The notes below the pieces were generated by a model, which saw only the letters and a list, made by a program, of their open reading frames with translations, was not told the origin of the DNA and did not search any database. From IMG/VR virus record IMGVR_UViG_3300033069_001745, positions 17,161 to 81,160 of that record: 64,000 nt of DNA. One strand, written 5' to 3'. The position numbers and the translations under genes are program-made. The DNA comes from a virus. Its lineage: Duplodnaviria > Caudoviricetes. Below are positions 62,638 to 64,000 of this stretch, piece after piece. Every line of letters starts with the position of its first letter. Positions within the stretch are counted from its first letter, which is position 1.

Positions 62638-63011
62638 AGCACGTGTTGCCCAAGATGATCGTGATGGTGGACTACATCTATCTGGCCGATACGGGACTAC
62701 CGGCGGGATCGAAGCGACTCTTCTTCTCGTCGATCGCCGCGGCGGAGAGCCACCTCGACGCCGAGACGGAGGAGAGAACACTCACCAGCGTCAAGGTGCG
62801 CATCTTGCGACCCGAGCCCGAGGACTGGGTAGACGCCGATGTCTTGAAGCCCACCGGCTGGGGTATCGCTGGGCGACCAGTGCGTGATCTGCTTTCGCCC
62901 GAGTCCGAGAACGCGACAGTGGCGCAGAACGGGTGGTTCCCCGAGCCCGGGGAGCATGACGTGGTGCACGAGACCATGAAGTACCCCGTGTCGAGTCACG
63001 ATCCGACGTAG
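62634..63011 (+). CDS. Hypothetical protein
   Basis: GTGA coupling. Confidence 0.6.
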   Translation: MKHVLPKMIVMVDYIYLADTGLPAGSKRLFFSSIAAAESHLDAETEERTLTSVKVRILRPEPEDWVDADVLKPTGWGIAGRPVRDLLSPESENATVAQNGWFPEPGEHDVVHETMKYPVSSHDPT

Positions 63012-63104
63012 AACAGACGGGGGCACACACGTGCTCCGGAGGGAGATGGGGTAATCAACGACTACCAAGCCCGGGAGACCTTCGATGGCCGCTGGCACTG
63101 GACG

Positions 63105-63473
63105 TTGTCCAACCGGCGGGTCGGGATCGCCCCCACCGGCGGGTGTAGCCCGTATGAGACCCATGCCGACTGCGGCGGGTTCGGGTGCCGCTGGTGCACT
63201 CTGGGGGCAGTGAAGAAGGCCGAGCCGTGCCCGGGCCATGCAACGCCCGAGGAAGCCCGGCGCCACAACCGGGATCACGAGGTGGCCAGCGCTACCTTTG
63301 ATGCCCGTATGAGCCCGCCCGGGGTGTGTGGGGTGTGCCAGCAACCGGCGGAGATCATCGTCTCGACCCACTCCTGTGGGGAATATTATTTCTGTGATGA
63401 GCACGCCACCCGGGAGCACCTTGACGCTCTCGCCCCCGAGTTGTGCTCCGTGCGGGTGTTGGCCTCATGGTGA
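63105..63473 (+). CDS. Cys/His-rich hypothetical protein (true start probably about 63051)
   Basis: Frame is open from 63012; an SD precedes GTA at 63051. Confidence 0.5.
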   Translation: MSNRRVGIAPTGGCSPYETHADCGGFGCRWCTLGAVKKAEPCPGHATPEEARRHNRDHEVASATFDARMSPPGVCGVCQQPAEIIVSTHSCGEYYFCDEHATREHLDALAPELCSVRVLASW

Positions 63474-63751
63474 GGCGAGCACCCCTACGTCGGTCGCTCG
63501 ATCAGTGGTGGGCGGCGGGAGACATGGATCAATGGCTGTGGGCTACCACCCAACGCATCCGGGCTCGCTGGAGCTTGCTCGAAGCCACCTACCGCCCGCA
63601 CGTGGAGCTACCCCGGGCGGTGGTGCGCCGGGCGGATCACTTGGCCGCCCAGGTGGGGATGACGCGCTCTGAGTACGTCACGGCTGCTTTGATGCACTAT
63701 GAGGATCGGTGGTCCCGGGGGCAAGAGGAATCCTCTAAGATTTCTCGCTAG
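63467..63751 (+). CDS. Ribbon-helix-helix (CopG-like) domain protein
   Basis: 'HVELPRAVVRRADHLAAQVGMTRSEYVTAAL'. Confidence 0.6.
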   Translation: MVRRAPLRRSLDQWWAAGDMDQWLWATTQRIRARWSLLEATYRPHVELPRAVVRRADHLAAQVGMTRSEYVTAALMHYEDRWSRGQEESSKISR

Positions 63752-63757
63752 ATTGCC

Positions 63758-63785
63758 TTGACGAATCCGATTCTTCCTGTACTAT
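63758..63785 (+). promoter_or_regulatory. sigma70-type promoter
   Basis: TTGACG-N16-TACTAT. Confidence 0.5.
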
Positions 63786-63841
63786 GCCTCTCGTTGAAGA
63801 TCTCGCCTGGTTGAGCGGGGTCGGGAACGAAAGATCGCCTC

Positions 63842-64000
63842 ATGACAATGGTGACCCGGGTTGCCCGGTCGAAGAACCTGAACGCTGGCAAGTACCAGCA
63901 ACTAGCCGAGCAGGCCAAGCGCCTGGGAGGGCTTCGGTGACCTGCTCCGGGCGGAGTCGGATCGCCGGAACCAGTTGAACCGGCGCCGGAGCAAGCTGCG
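63842..64000 (+). pseudogene. tnpB: Internally deleted TnpB-like (IS200/IS605/IS607-family accessory nuclease) remnant
   Basis: 'MVTRVARSKNLNAGKYQQLAEQAKRLG' stops at 63940; the shifted frame continues 'GFGDLLRAESDRRNQLNRRRSKLR', a motif recalled from the middle of this family. Confidence 0.55.

Noticed and set aside
63046-63060. Possible programmed event at ATG-GGG-TAA upstream of the 63105 ORF
   Set aside because: More simply a GTG-to-GTA start mutation or a one-base error in the G-run; cannot be resolved without reads.
1-64000. tRNA, rRNA, integrase/att site
   Set aside because: No cloverleaf or T-loop signatures, rRNA-like segments or recombinase motifs were recognised by eye; a tRNAscan run would be needed to exclude tRNAs formally.

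Overview
A 64-kb internal segment of a large, GC-rich tailed phage, probably a contractile-tailed myovirus-like actinophage (inferred from WhiB, leaderless sigma70-type promoters and a baseplate J-like gene). In order, it holds: the end of the baseplate module, including a 3,290-aa tail protein loaded with surface-enzyme domains; SNF2 and DinG helicases; a holin; a full replication/recombination block (5'-3' exonuclease, DnaC-like loader, DnaB, primase, J-domain protein, SSB, split and intein-containing DnaE, RecA, three nucleases/resolvases); terminase large subunit; WhiB; dCTP deaminase; and about 16 kb of small accessory genes. The standout is at 53.9-55.4 kb: a standalone RAMP/Cas7-like gene and a winged-helix gene flanked by three non-coding arrays of strictly 5-nt-periodic GGY-NN units (15, 10 and 21 units). 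This looks like a phage-encoded RNA-guided system in which the variable dinucleotides carry the targeting code. Other notable signals are a 10-bp-phased CTGA array, a 28-bp iteron-like array, three perfect DnaA boxes, an intein with an atypical Vsr/DUF559-like nuclease, a catalytically degenerate oligoribonuclease homolog, a duplicated CBM/beta-helix module and an internally deleted TnpB-like remnant. All family assignments come from motif recognition by eye; no database searches were run.
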